Of a stretch of DNA of 64,000 nt, positions 45,575 to 59,000 are shown piece by piece. Numbering within the stretch: position 1 is the stretch's first letter; each line of letters starts with the position of its first letter. The notes under the pieces were generated by a model. That model was not told the DNA's origin, searched no databases, and saw only the letters and a program-made list of their open reading frames with translations. The DNA comes from Guillardia theta CCMP2712 (lineage: Eukaryota; Protista; Cryptophyta), in the NCBI RefSeq assembly GCF_000315625.1, contig NW_005434461.1, forward strand, positions 1 through 64,000. The letters are read 5' to 3'. The position numbers and the translations under genes are program-made.

Positions 45575-45861
45575 GCCGCGCGTGGCTGTCGAGGAGCAAC
45601 GGTACGTAACGGGTGCATCAATAACCGTCTCAATGATTGCAACGGTCTGTAACGACCGAAAAGTCGCAAAGAAGCGATCAACCACAAAATGGAGGAAGGA
45701 AAGGAGGAGGGGGAACCTCAGCAAGGAAGGAGATCACAAGAGTAGAGTGAGAGCTGAAATGAATACGGAAAGATTCAGAAGACAACACGCAGGAGCGGGA
45801 AGGGGACGATGAAGATAGAAGAGCTTGCTTGTGACTTTTTCTGGAGCAGGTAGCTGTCACG

Positions 45862-47492
45862 ATGAATCGAGGACCGTTGCTAGAGCTCTTCGTCCTGTTG
45901 ATCGTCGAGTTGTTGGGCGTGCAATCATTTCAGATGCATACGACCTTCACTGTATGAATCCCTTCCATCCTTTTCGATCAGTGCCAGGTAATGACAAGAC
46001 CTTTACTTGCAGAAGCTGGGTTCCGGAACATTTCGATCACGTGCGAACATTGTCAGGAGGCAATCATCGAGTACAATCACCATGAAAGATCCAAGCAGGT
46101 GGGCAAACCAGAGCGAGGGGAGAAACTTGCCTGAGCTAGTATGTCAAACTTCAGGATTGCCGTCATTGGGTCGGGTGCGGTAGGACTATATTACGGGGGA
46201 AGGTACAGCTCGTTCAATCCTCCTACAAACCTAACTCATGCAAGGTTGTTGGAAGCTGGGCATGACGTCACGTTCCTTGCGAGGAGAGACCTGGATAGGT
46301 TGAATAAGGGTGAGGACGTGTGCGAAGGAAGAGCTCAAATCTGACAAAGAGCAGATGGCCTGCGAATCAAGTCTGTGGATGGAGATGTCAACTTTGCTCA
46401 AGTCAAGGCTGTCGGGGATGTCACAGAAATTGGAGAAGTCGACTGGGTTCTTCTGTCTGTAAAATCTTACGCTTTAGAAGCTTGCAAGGAACTCGTAAAG
46501 GGTTGCATGGGTCCGCAGACGAGAATATTGGCCGTGATCAACGGGTTCGGGATCGAGAGTTGCCTGGCCTCTGATTTTCCGCATGATAAGATCTTTGGAG
46601 GGATGGCCTTCACCTGCATCAATCGTGAGAGCGATGGAGAAGTGAATCACCTCAAGTCAGAAATCCTGACAGACTGCCACACTCTCACCTTCTGATACAG
46701 GTACGGCACAATCACATTTGGGCACTACAAAGATGACAAGGATGAGCTCGCAAAAGTTGTGGACCTCTTTGAGGGCTCAAAGGTGAAGGTTACGACTAGC
46801 GACTGTCTGCTCTATTCAAGATGGGAGAAGCTATGTTGGAATATTCCATTCAACGGTTGTCCTGCCATTGCTGTCTCGTCAGCTATTTACAGTACTTGCA
46901 GGAATTGCGGTTAGACTTTAAGATTTCTTCTCCATGGAATTTCAGTCTTTGATCTGCCTTGAACGGACTCTGCACAGGTGGCGATGGGCGGAATCACCAC
47001 CGACATCATTGTAACTGTAAGGCGAAAACTGCACCTTCTGAGGATTGAGATCAGTGAAGGACCCAGACCTGCGACTGTTAGCTCGCAAGGTCATGGAAGA
47101 CGTCGTGAAAGTTGGAAATGAAGATCTTGAGACCAGGAATATCTCTCCAGAGTATAGACTGAATGATGAGGTATGAATTCATTGCATGTCGTGAACTCAC
47201 AGGCGGTCTGTGTAACTGTGTTTTCTCAGACGATTGCGGCAATGTTTTCAAGGACAGACAATATGGGTGAAGCAAAGATCCTGAGAATCTGAGAAACGAA
47301 GCTGACAATCTTGCTCTTCCAGGCCCCTACCGCCCGTCGACCATGATTGATCTTGTTGAGGGAAAGCAAATGGAGGTGGAGTACATGTTTGGAAACCCAT
47401 TGGAGAGAGCTCGAGCCTTGCAAGTGAGCTGCGGATATATGGAATCGGTCATCTCGATGATCAAAGGTATTCAACGTATCCGAAAGTTGTGA
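45862..47492 (+). CDS. panE: 2-dehydropantoate 2-reductase (ketopantoate reductase, ApbA/PanE family) with a bipartite targeting presequence
   Basis: IAVIGSGAVGLYYGG, DWVLLSVKSY, INGFGIE, WEKLCWNIPFNG, YRPSTMIDLVEGKQMEVE. Two upstream exons splice in frame, giving MNRGPLLELFVLLIVELLGVQS-FQMHTTFTKLGSGTFRSRANIVRRQSSS. Confidence 0.88.
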
Positions 47493-47559
47493 GACTTTCT
47501 TCCAACGAAAAACAAACCTCAACCTCGCCCTCTGCAAACCATCACAACTTATTCGTTTA

Positions 47560-48202
47560 TTATACAAATGGTTTTAGTGATCGATGAATTCTTGGAGTCT
47601 CCATGGTCTCCTACATCACATCGAAGTTGATATCTTTATCTTTTTTGCAGCTTGCAGATGGAAATGAGGAACAAACATGTTCTCTTGCAAGTTTGGTGTA
47701 GTCCGTTGCTGAAAAATATTGAAACCATCCCCAAGTCCAAGAATCTATCTTTTGAATACTGAAAACAAATAAATTTCAGGGGGAAAACAAATGAGAGATG
47801 TTCGATTACATTCTCTGAGCAAGAGTTTCTCGTCGGGTTCGGCCTTCACTTCTCTTCCTCCACATTGCAGCATCAAGGTTGTCGATACGATCGTGTGATT
47901 TTTGGGCATGTGAATCCTTCACGCTTTCCTTCACAGCCTCGTCTCGTTTCCTTCCTGAAAGAGTGAATCAGCCAACCATAGACCGATTCTCCCATGAGGG
48001 GTCGAAGTTTACCTGACATAACTACGTTCACTCCGTCATGGAGTGGAATCCCCTTGGAAGCCAGGAACTTAGAGCTGGATCTTGTTGAACTTGATGTCTC
48101 CTCACTATCATCTACATCTTGCTGGGTGTAAGAAGCCATTGACAGATGCATCTGAGTGAGAAAAGCTGCGCAGCAAAGCAAGACCACTCTTCTACTTCGC
48201 AT
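47560..48202 (-). CDS. Small hypothetical protein with a signal peptide; 3' end uncertain
   Basis: MRSRRVVLLCCAAFLTQMHLSMASYTQQDVDDSEETSSS..., downstream of the GC island at 48330-48450. Confidence 0.4.
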
Positions 48203-48606
48203 TGTTGCTTGCTGGACGCCCACATCCCCCCTCCAAACGACTGCCATCAGGTGCGCCTCAGGATTGATGACGGGGGCGTGAACCTGGCGTGAACCGTTCT
48301 GAAGTTCCGAGCCTTTTAAAAGTTGGGAACTTGCCAGGCTTGTGCGGCCAGTGCCGGACTCGCCGAGTCGGAACCCGGCGAGAAGTTTAGTTCCCTCGTG
48401 TGACCGTCTCCCGGCAGGCCCGGCCCGGCTGGACCAGGAAATCGGACTCAAAGTTGAAAGTGAATTTAAAAAGGAGGCAAAGTGTTGTCAGTTTTGCTTT
48501 CAACGTTACATTTCAATTTAAAAAATTCCCACGCCTCTTAAACAACTATGGATCATTAGTATCATCCGCCATCACTTTCACATCGTGATAGCACAACATA
48601 GCACCC

Positions 48607-49733
48607 TCAAGTGTCAGGTGCTTCCTTCAAGTCTTTCAAAGATGCTTTGGCAGCAAGCTCGTTCAGTGCCGGTCTCATCATCTCTGCCACTCTTTTGAAT
48701 CTGCAGTGTTGTCAGCATAGGATCATCGAGTCGATGATTTCCAAGTCTTCTCAGTACCGAGAGATGGTGGATCTGCATTTCAAGATATCGTATCTCACGA
48801 CCACTGGGACGTTCTGCAGGTCTGCAAGGGCGAAAGAGAGAAACTCTCGTCTTTCTCGTTCTCCTAATTTGAAGCCCATAGGTCCGAGTGGACCCATCAC
48901 CTGCCGCAAAGTAAGTGTTGGACAAAAAACAATAAATGATGCAATGCCTTCTGTTCGGTCCCAGGGCCACCAGGAGTGAAGCGCAGAATCTTTGAAGTCG
49001 CTTCCTCAACTCGTCGATGTCCTTCTTCATCATTATCACTCGTTAGCTTGCTTTCCAGACGGATAACCTACAAATGCCCACGATAAAGTCAACACGAAGC
49101 ATTCTCGATTGCCGTGTAGACCTCCTGTGCGGTCTCCATTGCGAGCTTTTCAACTGTCTCGAGCTTAGCTTCCTCTTCCTTAACCAGCTCATCTGCGAAT
49201 AGCTGGACCCTCGCCACAGGAAACGGCTTCAATTGCTCAACTTCGAGGATCTTGAATCTTTGAACTCCAATGCAGGAACAGATTGCGATTTGTTCATCCA
49301 GGTCCATGACATCTCCTTCCTCTTCTTCAGAGACTACGGAAGCCCAGTGCACGTTCTCTAGCAAAGCCATCGTTCCAACGGAAAACATTTCACCTGATTC
49401 ATCGACTGTGCAGTATCCAAACAGGGGAAGCCTTTCTCCTTCAATGCTTCGCAAGGAAGAAAGCTCGTCCTCGCCGCTCACTTGGACGATCGCCTTGCAT
49501 TCTGGAAACAAAACACCTCCTTCTGAAGGTGCAACTGGGAGCAATGGCAATCTCTGAAAGGCTTGTATCTTTAGATTTGCCGACAACCGTGCTATGTTTG
49601 AATATTTCTTATGAGAAAACTTCGGGAAGAAAGGGAGTTTTTGTGACTGCAAATCGATACTTTTTTGATTTTGAAACAAGTATCCGGATGTTGAAAGGCA
49701 AAAAAATAACCTTATCACAGATGGAGATGCCAT
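48607..49733 (-). CDS. Lon peptidase N-terminal (substrate-binding) domain protein, no ATPase domain seen
   Basis: LPLLP...VLFP...FGYC...VGTMALLE...CIGVQRFKILEVEQLKPFPVARVQ, and C-terminal FLSFALA...LAAKASL, typical of standalone LON_substr_bdg proteins. Confidence 0.7.
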
Positions 49734-50049
49734 CAAATGGATTTCAGATTATGAAAAGAGTCCTTTTTCCAATTTTTCTGCTGCAGCAAAAGCGCAGTTA
49801 GTTCCTCTAAAAACACAACAACGCTGACAACCGTTCATACTTGCGCTATTCGTCTTATCTCATTTTTCGATCCCTGTAAACACCGCATTCTACTAACTCA
49901 TATCCACGCTCCCAGGCTTTCTGCTACCTTTCTGCTCCCTTTCTGTTCCATCCTCGCTCCCTTCCTGCTCCCTTCCTGCTCCCTCTCTCGGTCATCGTTT
50001 CCATGCAACTTGCGACCCATCATGTCCTTGGCTCCATTCCGCCCCTCCG

Positions 50050-50465
50050 TTGCAGCAAATACCCTACCGTGTGTTTTATCTGTGATAACCCCACCCCCGT
50101 TTGACCCACTTGAAGTTCTACTACCCTTGCTTTCCCAGGCAAAAACCATCAATATACCGGTATATTCACAATATCTGGGAAGTAACCCCTGTCAATTCTG
50201 ACATGAGGGGTACATCCAATCTTTGACTAAACTTTGTAGGGGGACTGCAACCAGCAGAACTATGCTCAGAGGAGGGGTACATTTCCCTCTATTCAAAGGT
50301 CATGACAAGGGGTACAGGGCCAAAACTAGCTGGTGGGCCGGCCGGCGGCCCGGTGGTTTATCGTCCACAGGATCCTCAGTGACTCGAACTGGCATATAAC
50401 ACCCAGGGGTCTGGTATGAGGGGTCCGAAGATATGAAACTTCAGTTCTGAAGTGGGGTGGGGTAG
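50050..50465. promoter_or_regulatory. Divergent intergenic region in which the GGGGT motifs switch polarity
   Basis: ACCC motifs on + at 50060-50190, then GGGGTAC/GGGGT on + at 50207-50465, with a ggccggccggcggcccgg island at ~50335. Function inferred. Confidence 0.45.
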
Positions 50466-50485
50466 TCGATTATACCTCAGCGAAA

Positions 50486-52275
50486 ATGGCTGGTGGTGGA
50501 CATGAGCGGTGGTGGGAAAGCCTGAGGGAAGAAGAGGACATGATCTCACTTGAGCCTCTATGCCTCCTTCCTTATGAGCCTTTCGAACTTCCTGCGGATG
50601 AGAACGTGCAAACGATGAGATGGTTCGACGGCAAGGTGACGTAGTCTAATATGTGATTGCGCGCGTGTGAAAGTTTGTGGGCAGGTTCTGGCAAATTATT
50701 TGTTGTCAACCTTGAACTTCAAGCACCCTGCGAATAGAAGAGACTTGTGCAGAGAGGAATGCGTGAGGTTGGACGATTATCTTGCTCGCTTGAAGCTAGA
50801 TGAGCCCAGGGTTACACGTGCGTTTGACCTCCGTGCGGATATCCTTGCCCAACGTGCTTCAGAGGAGCAGAGAGAAGCCGCTAGGAGGATGCAGCATGAC
50901 GCTAGATCTATACTGAGTTCGTTTTACGGCTCCACAAGTTACAGGAGTCACCGTGGGAGACAGAGAGTGCAACACTTTGATGTCGAGAACCAGGATGCTG
51001 GTCAAAGAGTGATCGACGACGACGAAGAAGGTTTTCACAGCGCGCAGACCTTTCGAGAGAGACAGCGGCTGGTTGACTTTCCCTTACTCATACCCCAGAG
51101 ACAAGACGGTCATCACCAGATTCCAACGCAAATAGTCACTGGGAGAACATCGTTATCGTACGCTGATCGAGCGAAGCTCTCACCCAGCAGCACGCAAGCC
51201 TCCACTCACGCATCCAACAAAAGACAAGTCCCATCGATGACCAGAACCTGTCACAATCACAAGATTCTCTTTTCGAACGAGCAAGGCAATGACGTGAATC
51301 CTGCTGCCCTTGACGAATGTCCCTTTCCGTGGCAAAAACATCAAAACCCGTGCAGATGTGATGTCTTCCTTCCAGGTCAGCCCGACAGGCAGAAAGGTAA
51401 TTGACTTGATCTACTTGTTGAGGTGATGAGTCCTTCGGAAGGAAGTGTTGCCAGAGAGGACATGGAGAAGCTCCTGCTGTGGTTCAATGCCGCAACTCAT
51501 GCCAGTGCGGACGCTCTGAGCCTCAAATTCCCACCAGCGCTATCGAACCATGAACGAATGCTTGTACATAAGTTTTCAGAAGCCAATGGATTATTCAGCG
51601 CGTCAGATGGGTAGGATATTCTTGTTTGCTTGCTTTGAAACAGTGACACTCAGTCTTACTTCAACCAGCTACGGGAAGGAAAGGTTCATCAAGATTTTGG
51701 GCAGACGAAGGCAAAATGAACAGTGCGCGACCGCGCTGAGCTCAAAAGAGAAGAAGATTGTGGATCAACTCACATTGTGGGCAAACAGAGAATCTCAAGA
51801 ACTCCGAGGGATCAGTAGAAACTCGGTCTGTCTCGTTTGCTGGCATGAAGAAAAGCTCACTCTGTGAACAGGTGGCAGAAATGATCCAGCAGAACTCGCT
51901 GCATCCTGAGCTGAGAAAGATCAAGGCGAAGCACGAGAGAGCGGCTCTTCTGTGTGAAGCAATCCATCGAAAGAAGCTCGAGATGGTACTTGAGTCCTAT
52001 CAACGCCTAGACTTGTGTTGAACGTTTCCCGTCAGGCAGAGACGATGTTGAGAGAGGACCCTTCTCTTGCTGAATGCGCCTGCAGCGAGACCGGTGAAAT
52101 CCCTTATCATGCGGCAATGGCGACAGGATTGCTTCCGTTGGTGAAGCTGATGAAACAACTACTCAACGAATCCGCCGTCGAGGAGAAGGAACCGGCACAT
52201 GACAGTCGATTTTGCTATGCCTTGATATCTTTACCGCACTTGACCAGACAGCTGGATTACCTGCTCAAGCCATGA
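50486..52275 (+). CDS. R3H-domain protein with a U-box-like N-terminus and an ankyrin-like C-terminus
   Basis: R3H: LKFPPALSNHERMLVHKFSEANGLFSASDG/YGKERFIKI (RxxxH). N-terminus DMISLEPL...FDGKVLANYLLST...HPANRRDL. C-terminus GEIPYHAAMATGLLPLVKLM. Confidence 0.7.
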
Positions 52276-52943
52276 AGCAGACGAATGGTCCCCGGAGCAT
52301 ATCGCTAGACTCCCGAGCATCTCCGCTGCTTTGCCTAGAGCGAAGTTTACAGCTTCATGGTTCCTTGCTTGTTATTATCGTCATGCTCTTGTACAGCAAG
52401 CTTAGCCTCGCATAATGCGGTGTATGATCCACTTCCTGATGAATTGATAATCAAGTCACAAAGGAACAGGAGTCTATTTGTAACGTCCTCTTCTCGTCAG
52501 ACAGTATCATAGAACCATTTCTCATCGTGAGGCTGAACGGTCTCTGACTCGGACTGAGCTGCAAGCAGTCAGTGCCGCTAGGCAGGAATGAGGGGGATGA
52601 GGGTCAGGAATGTTGAGCATGTTGTAAAAGGGCCTGGCTGTCAGTGCGAGTATGACCCATGTAGAGCAGTGGGCATCAACCAGCGTTGGAGGAAGGTTGA
52701 TATACTTTCATTTACTTGTGTTTGCCATGTCAAGGATGATTCCGTGGCAAGGTCTGTATGAAGCCTTTATTCGATGATCCTGAGCACTGGAAGGTCCATG
52801 TACGGCAATCGAAGGGGAGAAACTCGGTCCGAGGACGGTATGGTCTTATCAGCTCTCTTCTTGTAACTACAAACTACTTTTGAGCACAGACGGTAGAAGC
52901 ATCAGCTCCCAAATCCTTTTACAAACACGCACAGGCACGCACT

Positions 52944-52968
52944 CACACACACACACACACACACACAC
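52944..52968 (+). repeat. (CA)n microsatellite
   Basis: Seen directly. Confidence 0.9.
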
Positions 52969-53094
52969 GAGACGGTTCAGCTGCTCCAGCTGTCGGTGAG
53001 CAAGCTGCCATAGGTTGCTTCTTATCCCATCTTCTCCCGTCGTATCTCCATCTCGACGACATGGACGAGTGAGGTCGGGGGGACGCGAGAGTCT

Positions 53095-56000
53095 CTAGAA
53101 GAGCTTCAGGTGGCTCGCCATGTCCCTGCGTCAAAGTCAATAGCAAATCAGCAAACGAGTCAACTGAGTCACGAGGACGCACCAAGGGACGAAGAGCTTC
53201 TTCTTCTCGTCGTAGATGTAGCAGAAGGCGTCTCCAGCCAACGCGCACGCGTCGACGTAGCTACACACCCACACCTCGAGCTCGCGTCTGACCATGAGCT
53301 GTCCGAGGCCTCCCATCTTGAAGGTGCTGTTATGAGTATCGAGGCTCGGAACGATGTCTTTCCAGGTGTGAAGCATCTGACAGTGAAGGTACTTGCTGCT
53401 CACAAACCAGTACTGCGACAGCGCGTTGCTCGAGATGTTTGCAGTCCACGTCATCGTGAAACCCTGATACGCCACGCTCTCGTCCGCCTCGAACACAACC
53501 TCCAGCACCCGCGAGCTCGCCGTCACCGTCAGGCTGCCGGGCTTGTGCAGGCCCGTGAGCTTGGCGACCTCCGTCCTCCCGTAGCACTCCAGCGACGCTC
53601 CCAGGAGGCCGATGCACTCGTTGATCGTGAGGAAGTCGTATCCCGGCTCGAGGGCGAAGGAGGTGAAGTTGAGGGAGATGGAGGAGGCGCCTGGAGGCTG
53701 GATGATCCACCGGCAGTTGCTCCCGTCCTCGTACAGGCTTGACAGTGCCGATCCGTCGGACATGGACCCTCTCGCCTCGTCAAACAGCTGGCACCGGCAC
53801 TTGCCTGTGCAGGGCTTGAGAGCTGAGCTGCAGATGCTGTCCTGCAGCTCCTGACAGGCTAGCGCGTGCTCCCCGCTGTTGCAGACAGGGGTCGAGCAAG
53901 CCCTGCAGGAGGACCCGGAGACGTACTGGCCGGGAGCACAGCGAATCTTTTTGATGAGGATGCGAGTGTTCTGACAGTACTGGCCTGATGACAGCGCGTA
54001 CAGCTCAGCGTCAGCTCGGATAGACTTGGTCAAGCCGTTGAGGGCCATGACGCGACCAGCAGTCACGTAGTTGTAGTTTGACGTGGCGTAGACTGTGCCG
54101 TCGGACACCACGAGCTGCTGGAGACCCCACGGGTAGCGTGCGATGACCTCAACAGTGTCCGTGTCGTTGGGAGCTACTTGCCAGCCGGCCGGCAGCTGGA
54201 CCATGCCGCACTGAAGCCTCTGGTTGGAGCTCGATAAGGGCCCTTGCAGGGGGTCCCAAGGCTCCGTCATGTTGTCCATGAGCACGGCGTACTCGTCCCC
54301 GCTGCGAGAGGTGACGGCGAAGATCCAGCCGCACTGGTAGAGCATCGCATCGGGATAGTCCTGCCTGCACGACCTCGTGATGTTGCACCGCATGGAGGCT
54401 GGCCTCACGACGACGTCGCTCTCCGGTGACGGCGGGGGCTTGCAGGCGAGGCAACGCGTGCCTGACTGGAAGTATCCCGGCTGACAGCGCCAAGCGCACT
54501 CCTCGTCAGCGGCGTCGAGGAAGTAGGCGAAGTTGGGAGCGTTCATGCAGGGCACACAAGCGCCTTGACTGCGATAGTGACCCGTGCCGCATCGCCACTG
54601 GCAGACCTGACCGCTCGACCCGTCGGCTTCCACATAGAGAGCGTTGCTTGGCTTGGGATACCTCGGGTCGCACGACGCGCATCCCTCATACGCCTTGTAG
54701 TATCCTGCCCGACAGGTCCATCCGCACCCGCCTGGTCCCGAGGAGGCTACCGCGTTGGCCGGTAGGCTGCCCGAGCATGGCGTGCAGTCTTGATCGCCTC
54801 GGCCCACGTAGCCGTCATCACACTCTAGGCGCACAAGCAGCATCCGCAGGGCGTAGTATCCGTTGTCGCAGGACGAGAGGGCGTAGGAGTTGCCGCTGCT
54901 GTAGAGCATGTTGCTGAAGATGCGGGTGCCGGGCGTTTGGTAGCTCATGTAGTCCTGGTAAGGCTGCGCCGTCTGGTAAGCGACTCCGTTGGCGAGCACG
55001 ATGGCTCGAGCTCCCCATGGGTACGACCCGACGACTCTCACAGCTTCCTCGCTCCATGGCGCCAGCGTCCAGCCCGCAGGAGGCTGCTGGTACCTGGAGC
55101 CGTCATGCTGGCAGCTGAGGTTGAGCGACGTGGGAGCGACGTCGTCGAAGGCTGCGTAGACCTTGCCGAGGTACCTCACCACGTGCGTCAAGCTGTTACT
55201 GACGTTACACGCCTCTCCATGGCTCTCGCCGCTCGCGCAGGCCCACTGGCATGAGTTGGGCTGGTCCAGCAGGCCCGGGGTAGAGTAGAAGGCGTAGGGG
55301 GGGATGGGGTTCGTGCAGGGGAAGCACACCATCCACTCGGAGCTCCGGTAGAAGCCGGCATTGCACTCCCAGGGACACTTGCTGTCCGCATATTGGCTGG
55401 GGCTGGAAGGAAGAGCATAGCTGGCGTTGGCAGGGATGGGGTTGGAGCAGGGGTAGCAGTAAGAGCCGGAGAGGTAGAACCCGGGAGCACAGAAGAGCGA
55501 CATGAGAAGAATGTCGCTGCACGTGTTCCAAGATCGATACATACCGTCATATCCGATCAGTGAGTTGGATCCCCATCTATATGGGTAGTTACAGCATTGA
55601 CAGCTGCTGGTGTACCAGATAGAGCTGTCGGATAGCTGGAGGTAACATACTCCCCACCGCTGAGTCGCGATCGCCATCTGACTGTCCCAGGTGTTCGCAG
55701 CTATCGCCCAGCCGTCAGGGATGCTGCTGAAGGTCAATGGTGTGTTGCACTGGTAAGGTTCGTCAGGCCGGTGGCCTTGTAGGGTGGTGTAGTATCGGTT
55801 GCCGTACTGGAACATCTCGCACTTGCTGGCGTTGACATTGCTCCCTCCCCCCTGAGATTGATAGTGACCGAAGTCACACGCCCAGCCGCATGCCGTCCCG
55901 TTGCTGCCCTCCCGCAGCCAGTGAGCCGCCCGCGGCTTCCTGCCCTCGCACGCGACGCACTGACCGTCCTTGAGGAGGTAGCCCGCGCTGCATCGCCACC

Positions 56001-59000
56001 CGCACTCTGTCCACGACCCGTTGACCCCTCCCGGCCCGTACGCTACGTACTCCGCGTGCTCCGGCGCCGTCTCGCACGCCTGACACGCCTCGCCTCGTCG
56101 CGTGTAGCCGGGCTCGCAGGCCCACGGGCAGACGCTGTCGGCGTAGCGGCTGGGGTCCTGCTGGGCGACGTAGAGGGCATGAGGGGGGATGGGGTTAGAG
56201 CAGTTGCCGCAGCTCGAGTCGTTACGGAGGTAGTAGCCCGCCGCGCAGTACTGCGACACGAGCAGGATCGACCCGCACGATTCTGACGACCTGTACATGC
56301 CGTCGTATGACACCAGCGAGTAGCAGCAGGTAGACTGAGGCGACGACGACGAATAACACCGAGAGCTGTACCAGGTAGTGCTGTCAGACATCATTAGGGT
56401 GCAGGAGCGCCAAGGGTACATCCACGCTGTCATGCGGCTGTCCCAGGTGTTCGCAGCTATCGCCCAGCCTGCCGGGATCGCCTTCAGCCCTTGATTGCAG
56501 TTGTAGTAGTAGTAGTAGTAGTCACTATTTTCCCAGTTCCATGGGGGAGAGCCGTCGAGGGCGGCGTAGTATCGGTTGCCGTACGAGCGCAGCGGCAGAC
56601 AGTCTCCGTCTGCCGACGCGAAGTAGCCGAAGTCGCACGCCCAGCCGCATGCCGTCCCGCTGCTGCCCTCCCGCAGCCAGTGAGCCGCCCGCGGCTTCCT
56701 GTCCTCGCACGCGACGCACTGACCGTCCTTGAGGAGGTAGCCCGCGCTGCATCGCCATTGGCACTCGTACTCGATTTCGTGTCTCATCGTCAACTGGACA
56801 TACTCAGCATGGGCTGGCAGCGTCGCTCGGTCACAAGCTACACAATGATCGGCTTGCTGCTTGTAGCCGGCGTTACACACATATGCACAGGTGGAGATGA
56901 GCTGGTTGTCTGCTGCTATAAGACTGCCATATGACGAGTTGGCAGGCAGCGCGTTACTGCAGGGCACACAGCTTGAGCCGCTCTTGAGATATCCCGGGGC
57001 ACATTCAGTAGACCTCAGCAGAACTCCCTTGTCACAACCATTTGCCTTGTACATGCCGTTGTAGGAGCTCAGATATCCCCAGCAGCATTGCTGCGGACTG
57101 GTAGAGCTAGTGCTGCGAGCTGTGTACCACAGAGAGCCATCTGAAAACACCAAGTAGTTCGATCCCCAGGTGAAGTACCAAGTGACGTACTGACTGTCTT
57201 GGTCGTTGGGGGCGAGCTCCCATCCTGCCGGTACCGGCAAGTACGGATCGTCACGGCAGGTGTAGGGGTCGTTGGGAGCTCTGCCGCTCAGAGTCGTGTA
57301 GTATCTTCCGGCGTACTTGGTCCCGACGCACCTTCCGTTGCTCCTCACATACCCGAACCGACATGACCACTCGCACTGCCTCCCGCTGACTTCGCCTGCT
57401 GTGAAGTAGGCGAACTCTGGCAGACTCGTCTCGCAGGCTTTGCATGCCCCGTCTTGGAGGTAGTAGCCTGCATGGCACGTCCAGCTGCAGCTCTCTCCGG
57501 GCTCGCTCGTGGTGTACACAGCATTGGGAGGGGCTACCGAGCAGGCGACACAAGAGCTCCCGTAAGCATCCCTGTAATAGCCGGCGTCGCATCGCCAGTC
57601 GCAATTGTTCTTGTTTGCAGGCGAGCCGCTGCTGTTGTAGGTGGCGTGATTAGGCTTGTAGCTGCTGCACGGAATGCAGCGGGTCATGTTGGAGGGATCC
57701 CTGTAGTAGCCCGCGAGACAGTCCTCTGCTACCACCAGCACCGTCCCACAGCTGTCTCTTGACACGAACATCCCGTCGTAGCTGTACAGTCGCGACGTAC
57801 AGCACATGCCTCCGTATCCTGTGTTCCATGCCGTCCCGTCCTCCAGCACGACATTGCTGGCCCCCCACGGGTACTGAGATACCACAGAGATGCTGTCGCC
57901 TGTGTTGGGCGCTATCATCCACCCCTCCGGCAGAGCTCTCGCTACCTCCCAGCTGCAGGTCGAGCTGTCGTAGGGAGCCCTCCCTCCCAAGCTCGCATAG
58001 CGCTGTCCGTTGTATCCTACGGTGATGTCGTCGCAAGAGCTGCTCCCGCTCTGACGATAACCAAAGTCGCACGCCCACGAGCAGCCTGACCCCTCCCAGT
58101 GAGCATTGGGAGGCAGCGAAGACGCGCAGGCCTCGCATCGCCATCCGTCGACCTCGCGGTAGCCCGGCAAGCAGCTCCAAGCACAGCTGTCTGCCTTGCC
58201 CATCAGCCCGCCGCCCACGTAGACGGCAGCAGAAGGCTTGCCCGCACACTTGGAGCACGTCGAGCCTGACGGGTAGAAGCCAACCTGACAGCTCCACCCG
58301 CAGCTGCTCGCCTCCTGAGGGTAGGGCGAGAGCACGTACTGTGCGCCGGAAGGGATGGTGTTGGAGCATGGGACACAGCGAGACGCGTTCGTCGATCCGC
58401 TTGCAGAGGCTGCAGGAGCGACGGCCATGTAGCCCGATGCGCATACGGGAGCGAGGAGCAGAACTCGAGCTTCGCAATCTGACGAGCGATAGTAAACTCT
58501 GTCATACGTCGAGAGATAGCCGCTACTGTAGTACGAGCCCGGGTATTGCCAGTAGTACCAATACCAATAATACCAGTTATCTCCTGACATGACGCTGTTG
58601 GTGAAGTAGCTCGAGCTGCTGTCCAGCACAAGCCGAAGAGCTCCCCAGTCGTACTTGGCGGTGACGTTGATGCTGATCTCGTTGTCCGGAGCGATCGACC
58701 AGCCCGCAGGCAGCGGCAGGTACTCCTGCCATTCCGACACACAGCTCCACATGGAGTACTGCGACGTAGGACCGTACCCGCCAAGAGTCGAGAACACGTA
58801 CCCCTCCTCTTCCACTACCTCCTGCCAGGCACAGGAGTCCGCCCCCTCCCCGCGCCCTGCCGACACAAACACAGCGTTGGCCGGCCTCTTGGTGCAGGGC
58901 ATGCACATGCTCCCTGACTTGTAGAAGCCAACGTCGCACGTCCACCCGCAGAGCTCGTTGGAGTAGCTGGCGTTGCTGGGCTTCCCTTCGCACTCAGCGC

